Positions 52,690 to 62,195 are shown, counted from the stretch's first letter. The stretch: 63,577 nt of DNA from Deltaproteobacteria bacterium (GCA_028344335.1 JAOMAZ010000003.1:1-63577); one strand, 5' to 3'. Notes: generated by a model not told the origin, from the letters alone. Numbers and translations are program-made.

Positions 52690-55446
52690 TTAAAATTTGA
52701 AGCCACAAGTTGTGCACTCCGGAGTGCCTTCAGGATTCTGAGTTGTACAGATTTCACAGGTTAGTACTCCACCAGAAGTTTCCTCAGGAGTTCCCTCTTC
52801 TTGTGTTGATTCAGCAACTTCTTCCTCAACAGCTTCTTCTGTAGCCTCTCCTTCATCATCGGCTTCCTGCTCAGGTTCTTCTTCGCTGGATTCTTCGCTG
52901 GCTTCTTCTTCACTGGCTTCTTCTTCGCTGGCCTCTTCTTCACTGGATTCTTCGCTACCCCATGCTTCAGCAGCAGAGGAAAGTTCCCCCTTGTTCAGAT
53001 ATTTGTTATCATCAGTATCGAAGTTTATTGCATGGGCAAGGAATGCATCCCGGTCTTCTATTCCGTTTGCTTCCATTACCTTTTTGAGGACATTTTCGTT
53101 CCAACTAAAACTGGATGTATCGGTTTCAGATGTAGTCCCTTCTTCGACTTCTTCTTCACCAGCCATCTTTGCCATGGCTGAGTCATCTTCTACCTCATCG
53201 CCAAAGGTGGCACCGTGGAATTTTTGCATTGCTTGAGCATCGATGTCTCCATCTCCCTTTATCTCATAAGATACTTCTAAGCGCTCATCTTTAGCAATTA
53301 CTGGAACGTTCCATTCAACATTCATACCATCATCTGAGTCTGAGGTATTCATCTCAACATCACTTCTCTTTTCATTACCTGCACCTCTAATGATACAGTC
53401 TTTAATATCAAAACCAGATGGTAATATATCATGAATGACAAGGTCCTGAAGGGCAGTATCTGAGCGGTTTTCGAAGATTATTAGAACCTCGTAGCGCCCC
53501 TTCCCACCGATTGGGATGACGGTCTTTCCAGCGCTGAACTTGCGGCGCTTGTGTGTGACCTTGATTATAGGGGAGTCTCTTGCATCACGAGCACAAACAG
53601 GTCCGAATCTCTCGGCACTGAATTCGATTCTACTAGGTGCTGCAACTTCTACATTAGCAGGTGTCGGATCTGGAGCAGTTAAGCTATAGTTGATTTCCAA
53701 AGTTTGATCTGGTAATAGACCGATTGGACCACGAGTTCCAACAGTTAATTCCAGAGTGTAGCCTTCTCCATCAGGGCTACGGCGGAATTCCTCAAGGCTG
53801 ACTCCACCCTTTAAATCTGCACGGAATTGTTCAGCACTCATCCTTTCTCCATCGATGTTAATTGTGATGGAATCAGTATCAAGGGCATTGAATAAGCCAG
53901 GGATATCATCTGTAATTCTCATCAAATTGATTTCCGATGAACCGGTATTCTTGATGCTTAAGCAGGAGTTTACAACTTGTTCTCGATAACTTCTAAGAAT
54001 TGCTGCATCGTAAGTTTTCTGAACATCTGCTTCCAAGACAGTGAAGGTCTGTGGTTCTAACTCAATGCTACCGGAAGAACTGTGCTCAATACGAGGAATG
54101 ACCGAGTATCCTAATTCATTTGTGAAATCAGGTCTGTCATTTGCTTCAACTATCATAACCTCTGATTCCCACTTATCTTGGGGAAGAACATCATCTACAA
54201 CATCTGAAACATCGAACAATAAGTCATCGCTTCCAGATACTCTTACTTGTAGTTTAACTAGGTCAACAGCGAAACTGGAACGGTTCTCAAAGACTGCTTG
54301 ACATCGCCAGTTATCTGGGCGTTCATCTTCATCGACTACCATATAGCTGAAGCCACGGCAGAATGCATCGAGTTCAGTGAAGTGAGTAGTTGAGAGAGTT
54401 GCGTTTGCATTGTAGGTTACTTTGGATGAACCTGCGTTGACAGGCTCAACTTCACTGACCAATACATTCGCTTCACAAGTGAGGGTTTTGGTTTCCCCTG
54501 CATTCAGGGTTCCGACCTTCCAAGTTAGAGTTCCAGAATCGACTTCAGCACCTGAGGTGATTTCAATTTGATCTGGGATATCACGAGTTACTTCCACGTC
54601 ATTCAAAGAAACTGATGCGACGTTTTCCACCTCGATTTCAAGGCTAATTGCTGTTGCTTCCGTATCATGGCTGATTGAGAGGCTTCGTTCTTGAGCACGG
54701 GCAGGATTAGTATCGATTCTTTCTTTCAGAACCAGCATTCTTGCACCCTTAACAGTGTATTCTACTTTGTGATCGCTCTCAGGTTCTAGTTCACCGACTG
54801 GTAAGTGTTCGTTGGAAAGATCGGTTGCTCCAGAGCCAGCAAGGAAGATATCGATATCCCAAAGTCTATCTTCGGAACTTGGATTATGTAATTCCAATTT
54901 CCCCGAGACATTTTGTCGGACAATTTCTCCATCGCAAGTGAGTAGTGAATCCTCAACTTCAGAGAGAGAGCCATGAATCTTATCACCTTGCACTGAGTCT
55001 AAATCCTCTATAGAGCGAAGTTTTCCTTGTGCGTAGCGGCCACTTGGAGTTGTATCTTCAGTAAATGCAACAGGTTCGTCGACTGTTCCACCGGTGAGTA
55101 AGTCGTGGCTAGGAAGTGGTGCTAACTCTTCAGGTGGAGCAGGCGGTGCTAGCAAATCCATACCTGGCGGTGCAGGCGGTGCTTCGAGTTCCGCAGGTTC
55201 TTCGGGTGGTGCAGGTGGCATATCCATGTCAGGAGGCGGTGGTGGGACCTCATCCATCATTGGAGGCATAGGAGGTAAATCCATACCTGGTGGTGCTGGA
55301 GGCGCAGGTGGCATATCCATATCTGGTGGTGCAGGAGGTGCAGGAGGCGCTTCGCCCATCATTGGTGGCGGTGGTGGCAAGTCCATACCTGGAGGGGCTG
55401 GTGGCATTCCTGGCGGTGGTGGTGGCATTTCTTCACTCATATTCAA
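52690..55446 (-). CDS. Large (918 aa) signal-less protein: polyproline N-terminus, DUF11-like beta-sandwich domains, acidic SEEEA tract, C-terminal RanBP2-spaced zinc finger
   Basis: N-terminal ~110 aa of PPPPGMPPAPPGMDLPPPPPMMGEAPPAPPAPPDMDMPPAPP... Internal domains resemble DUF11 (e.g. VENVASVSLNDVEVTRDIPDQIEI...GTLTWKVGTLNAGETKTLTCEANV). SEEEASEEEASEEEASEE. C-terminal LTCEICTTQNPEGTPECTTCGFKF. No hydrophobic signal or TM segment seen. Confidence 0.8.
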   Translation of the reverse strand: MNMSEEMPPPPPGMPPAPPGMDLPPPPPMMGEAPPAPPAPPDMDMPPAPPAPPGMDLPPMPPMMDEVPPPPPDMDMPPAPPEEPAELEAPPAPPGMDLLAPPAPPEELAPLPSHDLLTGGTVDEPVAFTEDTTPSGRYAQGKLRSIEDLDSVQGDKIHGSLSEVEDSLLTCDGEIVRQNVSGKLELHNPSSEDRLWDIDIFLAGSGATDLSNEHLPVGELEPESDHKVEYTVKGARMLVLKERIDTNPARAQERSLSISHDTEATAISLEIEVENVASVSLNDVEVTRDIPDQIEITSGAEVDSGTLTWKVGTLNAGETKTLTCEANVLVSEVEPVNAGSSKVTYNANATLSTTHFTELDAFCRGFSYMVVDEDERPDNWRCQAVFENRSSFAVDLVKLQVRVSGSDDLLFDVSDVVDDVLPQDKWESEVMIVEANDRPDFTNELGYSVIPRIEHSSSGSIELEPQTFTVLEADVQKTYDAAILRSYREQVVNSCLSIKNTGSSEINLMRITDDIPGLFNALDTDSITINIDGERMSAEQFRADLKGGVSLEEFRRSPDGEGYTLELTVGTRGPIGLLPDQTLEINYSLTAPDPTPANVEVAAPSRIEFSAERFGPVCARDARDSPIIKVTHKRRKFSAGKTVIPIGGKGRYEVLIIFENRSDTALQDLVIHDILPSGFDIKDCIIRGAGNEKRSDVEMNTSDSDDGMNVEWNVPVIAKDERLEVSYEIKGDGDIDAQAMQKFHGATFGDEVEDDSAMAKMAGEEEVEEGTTSETDTSSFSWNENVLKKVMEANGIEDRDAFLAHAINFDTDDNKYLNKGELSSAAEAWGSEESSEEEASEEEASEEEASEESSEEEPEQEADDEGEATEEAVEEEVAESTQEEGTPEETSGGVLTCEICTTQNPEGTPECTTCGFKF

Positions 55447-55584
55447 TCATCTCCAGCCCCCAGTACTGCGGGCGTTTCGCCCATTATCGCTCAGGGTATA
55501 ACGCTTGCCAACCGCCGACCAGACTAGAAGTAACGAACTCTAGTTGATGCGAGCATTGAAAACGGGTAGTTGTTGGCGGCAATC

Positions 55585-56412
55585 ATGGCAGGACAAGATG
55601 CAACCTCACCACCAGTTCTCTTCATCGTAGGAACAGCCGGCGCTGGCAAGAGTTCATTGACGACAGCATTCCAGAGATGGGCTCGATTTATCGAGGTAGA
55701 TACTCTGACAATAAATCTCGACCCCGGAGCAGAAAGAGTCCACCACGACCCTGAATTCGACGTTAGGGATCTTGTTTCCCTTTCTGATGTCATGGATGAA
55801 TATGACCTTGGACCAAACGGTGCACAAATTCTAGCAGCTGATTTAGTAGCAGCACAAGCCCATGATATCGCAGAAGAATTGGATGGACTTTCGGGTGATA
55901 TCATGATAATAGATACTCCGGGGCAAGTCGAATTATTTGCCTTCAGAGAAGCATCATCCCATATGATAGAGGTTTTGGGTAAGGACAAAGCGGCGGTCAT
56001 CTATCTCTTCGACCCAATGTTATCTCGCTCACCCAGCGGATTCGTCTCCCAAATGCTCCTTTCGAGTATAGTTGAGTTTAGATTAGGACTACCAACCAAG
56101 AATTTCCTCTCCAAGTGCGACCTCTTAGAAGAAGGAGAACTTGAGAAAATCATGGAGTGGGGGGAGCGTTTGGAAATCCTTGAACTAGCACTTTATGAGG
56201 AAGCAGGAGGTCAAAGAACAGAATTTGCTATCAATCAACTACGTCTTTTACAAGACTTCGCGCAATCTCCTGGTCTAACTCCTCTATCCAGTGAGTTGGA
56301 AGAAGGATTGGCTGACATTCTAACTTTTGCAGAAGCATTGTATGGTGGAATGGGCGATGCTAGAGATGGTTTTGCCAGCGACATCGAGAATGAGAAAGAC
56401 ACTTTTGAGTGA
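55585..56412 (+). CDS. GPN-loop GTPase (PAB0955/XAB1 family)
   Basis: P-loop FIVGTAGAGKSS, LDPGAE, the GPN motif in YDLGPNGAQI, and IIDTPGQVELF. The ATG at 55585 is preferred over the TTG at 55570. Confidence 0.85.
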   Translation: MAGQDATSPPVLFIVGTAGAGKSSLTTAFQRWARFIEVDTLTINLDPGAERVHHDPEFDVRDLVSLSDVMDEYDLGPNGAQILAADLVAAQAHDIAEELDGLSGDIMIIDTPGQVELFAFREASSHMIEVLGKDKAAVIYLFDPMLSRSPSGFVSQMLLSSIVEFRLGLPTKNFLSKCDLLEEGELEKIMEWGERLEILELALYEEAGGQRTEFAINQLRLLQDFAQSPGLTPLSSELEEGLADILTFAEALYGGMGDARDGFASDIENEKDTFE

Positions 56413-56462
56413 TACCGGCTCAACAGTTACGTTCATGAAATTACTACCCCCGCCAAGGTGAT

Positions 56463-57416
56463 ATGAGCGACAACCTATTGGCCATTGATGATATTGCAGA
56501 TGACTTCAAAGCAATCCTTGAATGGGCTATTGCATTCAAGAACGATGAGGATTTTTCCTATGATTTCAAACCCCTTGATGGCATGAGTATTGGCTCTATT
56601 TATGAAAAGCCAAGCACCCGTACAAGAGTTTCATTCGAAACTGGAATCCACAAACTTGGAGGCCAACCATTAACCCTGTTGAAGGGCGATATCCAGATTG
56701 GAAAGTCCGAGACTATTGGTGATACTGCTCAGGTATTGAGCCGGTTCTTGGATGGATTGACTTACCGTTGTTTTGCGCATGCCGATGTTGAAGAATTAGC
56801 AGAAAAGGCAAGCGTCCCAGTTATCAATGCCCTTTCAGATAAGCATCATCCATGCCAAGCAGCAGCAGATCTAATGACCATGATGGAAAAGGACCCAAAA
56901 CTCAACAATACTCGAGTTGCTTGGGTTGGAGATGGAAACAATGTCCTTCATGACCTTATGCTAGGTTGTGCCATCTTGGGAGTTGATTGCACTTGGGCTG
57001 TTCCTGAAGGATATGAGCCAGACGAAGGTATCGTCAAGAGAGCCAAGATTATCGCTAAGGAAACTGGATGCAGAATGAAGCAAACCCACAACCCAAAGAA
57101 AGCAGTGAAAAATGCAAACATCATCTACACCGATGCCTTCGTATCTATGGGTGAAGAAGACCAAGTTGACAAGATGGCGGATTTCGATGGATTCCAAGTA
57201 AACATGGAACTTCTTGAAGCAGCGGATGAAGACTGGGCATTCATGCATTGCTTACCTGCTCATAGAGGCGATGAAGTCACCGATGAAGTCATGGACCACA
57301 AACAATCCATCGTCTTCGACCAAGCAGAAAATCGCATGTGGGCTCAAATGTCACTTGTAACCTTCTTCTGCAATAAGGCGGCTTGGGAAACCCTTGCTGA
57401 GTTCTTGGACCTTTAA
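56463..57416 (+). CDS. argF: Ornithine carbamoyltransferase (or closely related carbamoyltransferase)
   Basis: KPSTRTRVSFE, HPCQAAADL, DAFVSMGEE, HCLPAHRGDEV: OTCase-type motifs rather than ATCase (no HPLPR). Confidence 0.85.
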   Translation: MSDNLLAIDDIADDFKAILEWAIAFKNDEDFSYDFKPLDGMSIGSIYEKPSTRTRVSFETGIHKLGGQPLTLLKGDIQIGKSETIGDTAQVLSRFLDGLTYRCFAHADVEELAEKASVPVINALSDKHHPCQAAADLMTMMEKDPKLNNTRVAWVGDGNNVLHDLMLGCAILGVDCTWAVPEGYEPDEGIVKRAKIIAKETGCRMKQTHNPKKAVKNANIIYTDAFVSMGEEDQVDKMADFDGFQVNMELLEAADEDWAFMHCLPAHRGDEVTDEVMDHKQSIVFDQAENRMWAQMSLVTFFCNKAAWETLAEFLDL

Positions 57417-58288
57417 GAAAATCCCACACTTGCAGAAAAGCCAAGAAGGCCCATAATCAAGCCCTGACGCAATTGAAGTTGGCAAGATTTATCATCGCCA
57501 GCCATCATTTTGCCGTTGCAAGTGAGAATCAACAGAACCGCCGGCAGTTGGAACAATAAAAATCCCAAGTTAAAGTAGCCTAAATAATATGGCAAAGCAG
57601 CACATACAACACCTCCCATCGATATTGAATATGCAACCATTCTTGCTTTTTGCTTACCAACAGCCATTGGCAAAGTATTGCGAGTTTTTGAATCGGATTC
57701 CATATCCTCACAATCCTTGACAATTTCTCTGGCTAAATTAATAAAAAATGAAGTTGCTCCAACCAGCCAAATCAAGGGGAGATAAACCATCCCAACAGAT
57801 GCTGCCCCGAAGATGATAACTATACCAACCATCAAACTGATTACTATATTTCCAATCAACCCCCTCTGCTTTGTACGTGGTCCAAGGTCGTATGAAAGCA
57901 TCAAAATTGCTGCAATACCCCAGATGATAATTGCACCCCACCACAATTCCATAGTATCTTTTAGGAGATTTGCAGAAACACCCATCAAGAGTAAAGAAAC
58001 TATCCAAATACTACCAGCCACTCCTTTTGCTAATGACCTATCAATTCTTCCAGAGGGGATGGGTCGCGATGGGTGAGCCTGCGCATCTATAGCGGAATCC
58101 ATGATGTCATTGACTATGTTTCCAGCTGCCATGAAAAGCATTACACTGCAGGTACTTAAGATCAAGCTGATATAGGTTGAATCATCAATTCCTGCGATGT
58201 ATCCACCTAGGTAGCATGTAATTCCACCTAAGACTACATTTAGTGGCCTAGATATTTCTAGCCAAGCTTTGTAGGATGGCTGTGGCAC
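57413..58288 (-). CDS. UbiA-family prenyltransferase, probable digeranylgeranylglyceryl phosphate (DGGGP) synthase
   Basis: GNIVNDIMDSAIDAQAHPSRPIPSGRI (NDxxDxxxD) and KDCEDMESD second Asp-rich motif. ~8 TM helices, 291 aa. Confidence 0.75.
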   Translation of the reverse strand: MPQPSYKAWLEISRPLNVVLGGITCYLGGYIAGIDDSTYISLILSTCSVMLFMAAGNIVNDIMDSAIDAQAHPSRPIPSGRIDRSLAKGVAGSIWIVSLLLMGVSANLLKDTMELWWGAIIIWGIAAILMLSYDLGPRTKQRGLIGNIVISLMVGIVIIFGAASVGMVYLPLIWLVGATSFFINLAREIVKDCEDMESDSKTRNTLPMAVGKQKARMVAYSISMGGVVCAALPYYLGYFNLGFLLFQLPAVLLILTCNGKMMAGDDKSCQLQLRQGLIMGLLGFSASVGFS

Positions 58289-58327
58289 ACTAAGCGCTTG
58301 AGCATAGGGGTCTTCATTGTGTTGCCG

Positions 58328-58726
58328 TTAAGCAGCCACACCATCTGCTAGTTCCCAGATACAAACTCTAAGGCGATAGCCTCCTAGCAATTGATTTTCA
58401 TCGAAACCCGATTTTATGAAGCGAGCATCGCGAGCTAACACGTTCCCCAATTGATTCATCGTTGATCCCCAGCGAAATCTAGAGTTAATGTGGTCGAATA
58501 TTTGGGATGTATTGGCAGGTCCTACTTCGGCTAAGTATTCTACTAAGGCTCCTCGCAAGCGCTTTGTTCGACTCATGCCAAGCCACCACTTCGCACCCGC
58601 TCTATGAGGTGCTTCCAGGGTTTTCGAGTTATTGTAAATGGCCATGAGGATATTTTCCAATCCATGCCTTTTGTTGTTGGTAATTTTCCATCTACAGTCG
58701 CCAGTAATACTGAGGATATTGCCCAT
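58328..58726 (-). CDS. Hypothetical protein, possible winged-helix DNA-binding protein
   Basis: ORF. LRGALVEYLAEVGPANTSQIFDHIN resembles a wHTH (weak). The start may be the internal ATG at 58645 (MAIYNNSK). Confidence 0.45.
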   Translation of the reverse strand: MGNILSITGDCRWKITNNKRHGLENILMAIYNNSKTLEAPHRAGAKWWLGMSRTKRLRGALVEYLAEVGPANTSQIFDHINSRFRWGSTMNQLGNVLARDARFIKSGFDENQLLGGYRLRVCIWELADGVAA

Positions 58727-58856
58727 GCAGGTAATTCCTCATGATTTGTACTGGTTGGCTCCAAGTCGGCGAAGCCCAGCCCAATTAATTCATCAGTTTC
58801 GGTGGTGTTCATCACATTCTATCTGCTGGCATCAGCATATGAAGCAAGGTAAGAGA

Positions 58857-58953
58857 GTGAAAGTGAAAGTGAAACAGAAGATTCCCTGCAGTGGCACGAT
58901 TACACTTTCAGTTTAGAGGTGAAAGTGAACAACAGGGGGATGTTGCGTTTCAC
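58857..58953. promoter_or_regulatory. Cluster of seven GTGAA(A/C) hexamers (5 direct, 2 inverted) in the divergent region upstream of tRNA-Glu
   Basis: GTGAAAGTGAAAGTGAAA at 58857-58874. CACTTTC (rc) at 58903-58909. GTGAAAGTGAAC at 58919-58930. GTTTCAC (rc) at 58947-58953. Confidence 0.35.
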
Positions 58954-58988
58954 TCAAATAGTGGGTGCGATTGCGCGACTCGTCCTAA

Positions 58989-59061
58989 GCTCGCGTAGTG
59001 TAGCGGCCCATCATGAAGCCCTCTCGAGGCTTCGACCCGGGTTCAAATCCCGGCGCGAGCA
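58989..59061 (+). tRNA. tRNA-Glu (anticodon CUC)
   Basis: Hand-folded. Acceptor GCTCGCG/CGCGAGC, anticodon arm AAGCC-CTCTCGA-GGCTT, T arm CCGGG-TTCAAAT-CCCGG, discriminator A. No encoded CCA. Confidence 0.88.
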
Positions 59062-59071
59062 TCCAATAATT

Positions 59072-59566
59072 TCAGGTAATGAGTTGTGAGATGATAGATT
59101 TCATTGCATCTTGATTTGCCTCTTTATTACGGTTTGATAAAACAGAGCGGCCAATGATATTGCAACCAAGATATGAGAATTGCATTCTCATGGCGGCAAT
59201 AACAGAATCGCCACCCCCTCCACTGTATGTGGACAAACCAACCGCCTTACCATTGAAGAGTCCGCGAAAATCATCGCCATTAGTTGATAACCACGCGATG
59301 GCATTGTTCAGAGATGGAGGGATTGAGCCATTATATTCAGGTGCACAAATGACCCAAGCATCTGCTGCAGCCATCTTTGCTTCTAATTCCCTAAGCCCGT
59401 CAGGCGCACCTGCCTTTTGCAAAGCCGGAGTGAATAAAGTGAAACCTAGAGAACATAAATCTATAATTTCACTAGAATGACCCTCTTCATCAGCCACTGA
59501 GGCCCATATTCTCGACAACTCCAGGTTATTTCCTGTCGATGCAGCAAGGATTACAATTCGGCCCAT
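59072..59566 (-). CDS. NAD(P)H-dependent FMN reductase family flavoprotein
   Basis: RIVILAASTGNN... and the family hallmark APEYNGSIPPSLNNAIAWLS. Confidence 0.75.
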   Translation of the reverse strand: MGRIVILAASTGNNLELSRIWASVADEEGHSSEIIDLCSLGFTLFTPALQKAGAPDGLRELEAKMAAADAWVICAPEYNGSIPPSLNNAIAWLSTNGDDFRGLFNGKAVGLSTYSGGGGDSVIAAMRMQFSYLGCNIIGRSVLSNRNKEANQDAMKSIISQLIT

Positions 59567-59684
59567 GACTATTCGATGGAGCCATTTGCTAAGAGGTTGT
59601 GGCCGATTTCACAGGGTCCTAAAAACGCCATATCAGGGTAGTCGCGTAAAGGAAGTGTTATACTACCGCCTGATTCCCTGAATA

Positions 59685-60056
59685 TTGATGGGGATGGGAT
59701 TACAACAGCGAAAGCAAGAATTCTCAATGCAGTGTGTATTGATGGATATGATGGAGAATGAAGTAGAAACACAGTGCACTTCTGCTCATAGGGAAGCAGA
59801 GCGCCGCCTAGATCCAACTCGCGAATTGGCAAGTCATGAAACTGCAGCAGCGAATGTCCTTTCAGGATTAGCACAAAATGAAACTAGGAAACAAGAAATT
59901 CCACAGGCACTTCCAAAGCAACAAGGAAGGAGAGTCCGCAAAGTCATCAAGGGCGATTCAACTGTAGCACGCTTGGCTTGGAGAGCAGCAGCTCAAGATG
60001 GCCATGTTAGAGTTGATAATAGACCTGTAAGAGTTCGAAAAGCGCGAATGACTTAA
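59685..60056 (+). CDS. Hypothetical protein with basic C-terminus (questionable)
   Basis: ORF only. Start ambiguous (several ATGs, e.g. MDMMENEV). A competing antisense ORF lies at 59569-59874. Confidence 0.3.
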   Translation: MMGMGLQQRKQEFSMQCVLMDMMENEVETQCTSAHREAERRLDPTRELASHETAAANVLSGLAQNETRKQEIPQALPKQQGRRVRKVIKGDSTVARLAWRAAAQDGHVRVDNRPVRVRKARMT

Positions 60057-60109
60057 GGCGATGCTTTCATCATAAGAAGACAGTTCGGCGACCTGTTCGG
60101 AGGCATTAC

Positions 60110-61309
60110 ATGTCAGGTGATTTATTCAATCCAAGTGAAGAACATCTCATGATTCGCGAAATGGTTAAGTCATTCGTTGAAGAATCAGTTGAGCCCCAAG
60201 CACTTGAATTTGACCGGAAAGAAGAATTCAACCTCCCCCTCTTCAGAGAACTCGGCGAAATGGGATTACTAGGTATTACTGTGCCAGAGGAATTTGGCGG
60301 AGCAGGGATGGATGCTACAGCAGCAGCAATCATCCATGAAGAATTATCTGCTAGCGACCCAGGCTTCGCATTAGCATATCTTGCGCATAGTATGTTATTC
60401 GTCAATAACTTAGCAGTGAATGGCAGTCAACAGCAAAAAGAAAAATTCCTACCTGCAGTTTGCAGTGGTGAGGCAATTGGCTGCATGGCAATGTCAGAGG
60501 CTGATGCAGGAACAGACGTCCTTGGTCTTTCAACAACTGCAACCAAGAACGTCGATGGAGATTGGGTAATCAACGGAAGTAAGATGTGGATAACAAATGG
60601 CTGCATCGATGAAGATGGAACACCTGCAGACATAGTTTGGGTATATGCCCAAACAGGCAAAGACGACACTGGTCGAAAGATGCTCTCAACATTCTTGGTG
60701 GAAAAGGGCACCAAGGGTTACAGCGTAGGCCAAAAAATCGAAGACAAAACAGGAATGCGTGCCAGTAATACTGCTGAACTTGTTTTTGATAATTGTATTG
60801 TGCCAGCAGGAAATATGGTTGGGGAAGAAGGTGGGGCTTTGGGCCACATGATGCGCAATCTCGAATTAGAGCGTTTAACTTTAGCAGCGATGGCAGTCGG
60901 AATTGCTCGTCGCTCATTAGAAGCTATGAACAAATATGCCGAAGAGAGAGAAGCCTTCGGCAAGAGAATCAGAGACTTCGGACAAATCCAGAGGCACATT
61001 GGAGAATCATGGTCAGAATATAGAGCCATGAAGGTCTATCTCTATCATACCGCATTACATATGAAACTTGGAGAAAGTGGAAACCGTTTAGACAGCGACG
61101 GAATCAAGCTCTTCGCAACAACAGCCGCAAAAAACATCGCAGACAGAGCAATCCAGGTCATGGGTGGATACGGCTATGTTGGAGAATATGTAGTGGAAAG
61201 GCTTTGGAGAGATGCTAAACTTTTGGAGATCGGTGGCGGTACATTGGAATCACACCAGAAGAATATCACTAAGGATTTGGCTAAGGATCCTGATGCAATC
61301 CTGCGTTGA
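60110..61309 (+). CDS. Acyl-CoA dehydrogenase (isovaleryl-CoA dehydrogenase-like)
   Basis: GLLGITVPEEFGGAGMD, QKEKFLP, GCMAMSEADAGTDV, WITNG, LELERL, GGYGYVGEYVVERLWRDAKLLEIGGGT. Overall pattern close to IVD as recalled. Confidence 0.88.
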   Translation: MSGDLFNPSEEHLMIREMVKSFVEESVEPQALEFDRKEEFNLPLFRELGEMGLLGITVPEEFGGAGMDATAAAIIHEELSASDPGFALAYLAHSMLFVNNLAVNGSQQQKEKFLPAVCSGEAIGCMAMSEADAGTDVLGLSTTATKNVDGDWVINGSKMWITNGCIDEDGTPADIVWVYAQTGKDDTGRKMLSTFLVEKGTKGYSVGQKIEDKTGMRASNTAELVFDNCIVPAGNMVGEEGGALGHMMRNLELERLTLAAMAVGIARRSLEAMNKYAEEREAFGKRIRDFGQIQRHIGESWSEYRAMKVYLYHTALHMKLGESGNRLDSDGIKLFATTAAKNIADRAIQVMGGYGYVGEYVVERLWRDAKLLEIGGGTLESHQKNITKDLAKDPDAILR

Positions 61310-61361
61310 TAAATACTATAGGTAATATGTTTCACAATTAATTAGTGTCTGCAAATAACAC

Positions 61362-61565
61362 TTAGAATACCGATTCTTCGATTTCTCCTAAGTGTATTCT
61401 TTCCATCGCAACCATTACCATCGATGTAAGAAATAGTGGAGCAGTAATAATTGCCAATAAGGGGAGAACTATTGTTAAAATAATCAATAAAGCGGCTGCA
61501 AAAAAGACTCTCTTTGACTCATATTTTAATGTCAACTCATCATTGAGTTTGAAATGTAAATACAA
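61362..61565 (-). CDS. Small hypothetical membrane protein (67 aa)
   Basis: ORF with two hydrophobic segments (FFAAALLIILTIVLPLLAIITAPLFLTSMVMV). Confidence 0.35.
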   Translation of the reverse strand: MYLHFKLNDELTLKYESKRVFFAAALLIILTIVLPLLAIITAPLFLTSMVMVAMERIHLGEIEESVF

Positions 61566-61601
61566 CGCCTTTACCGAAACGGCCTCTCCCTGACCGCCTT
61601 G

Positions 61602-62117
61602 CTATTCTTCGCTTGAGGGAGAATCTTCAGCAGCCTCTCCCTTGCTTTCGCTTGAGATTTCAACCACTGTCTTTTTTTCCTCAGAACCATCGCTCTTGGC
61701 TGTGCTGCTTCGAATCTTATCGATGGACAAATCCAATTGCAAAGCTTCTCGTTCGATATGTCTCTTATCCAATTCATGGAATCTATCCATCTTCTGACCA
61801 AAGTCCGTTTTTTCTCTTTGTTTTGCTAACGCATCAAATCGCAATAATGAGAAACTACAAAATGCCCAAAAGCTAACACATAAAATAAACATAAAACGCT
61901 TCATATCAGTAGATGAATGGTACTCAAATCCAAATAGTAAATTCTCAGTTGAAGCTAACCAAAATGCTACACCAAAACTCAAGACCATCATTAACAGCCA
62001 TAACATGAGAAATAATGTCTCATAACGATCTCCCCTTGCTCTTCTCCTTCTGATGGGTTGAACAGGCGCATCTCCAACATTCGTTATCTTAGCCATGTAT
62101 ATAGGAATAGATGGCAT
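61602..62117 (-). CDS. Hypothetical membrane protein with acidic/Ser-rich C-terminus
   Basis: Two TM segments (LFLMLWLLMMVLSFGVAFWL; FMFILCVSFWAFCSFSLL). ORF only. Confidence 0.45.
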   Translation of the reverse strand: MPSIPIYMAKITNVGDAPVQPIRRRRARGDRYETLFLMLWLLMMVLSFGVAFWLASTENLLFGFEYHSSTDMKRFMFILCVSFWAFCSFSLLRFDALAKQREKTDFGQKMDRFHELDKRHIEREALQLDLSIDKIRSSTAKSDGSEEKKTVVEISSESKGEAAEDSPSSEE

Positions 62118-62195
62118 GATATAACTGTTGACATTCTATCAAATTGATTTCACTGCAGGCGATGGGATGAAACCCGACATGGTCATCGACACTAC

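Noticed and set aside
55094-55501. 135-aa Gly-rich ORF (GGAGGASKSIPGGAGG...) on the + strand
   Set aside because: It is the antisense reading of the polyproline codons (CCN vs GGN) of the 918-aa minus-strand gene. It has no independent support and is a compositional artefact.
58857-58874. Resemblance of GAAAGTGAAAGTGAAA to the eukaryotic ISRE/IRF element
   Set aside because: This is a coincidental similarity to a vertebrate motif in an archaeal genome and has no biological meaning. The repeat itself is retained as a finding.
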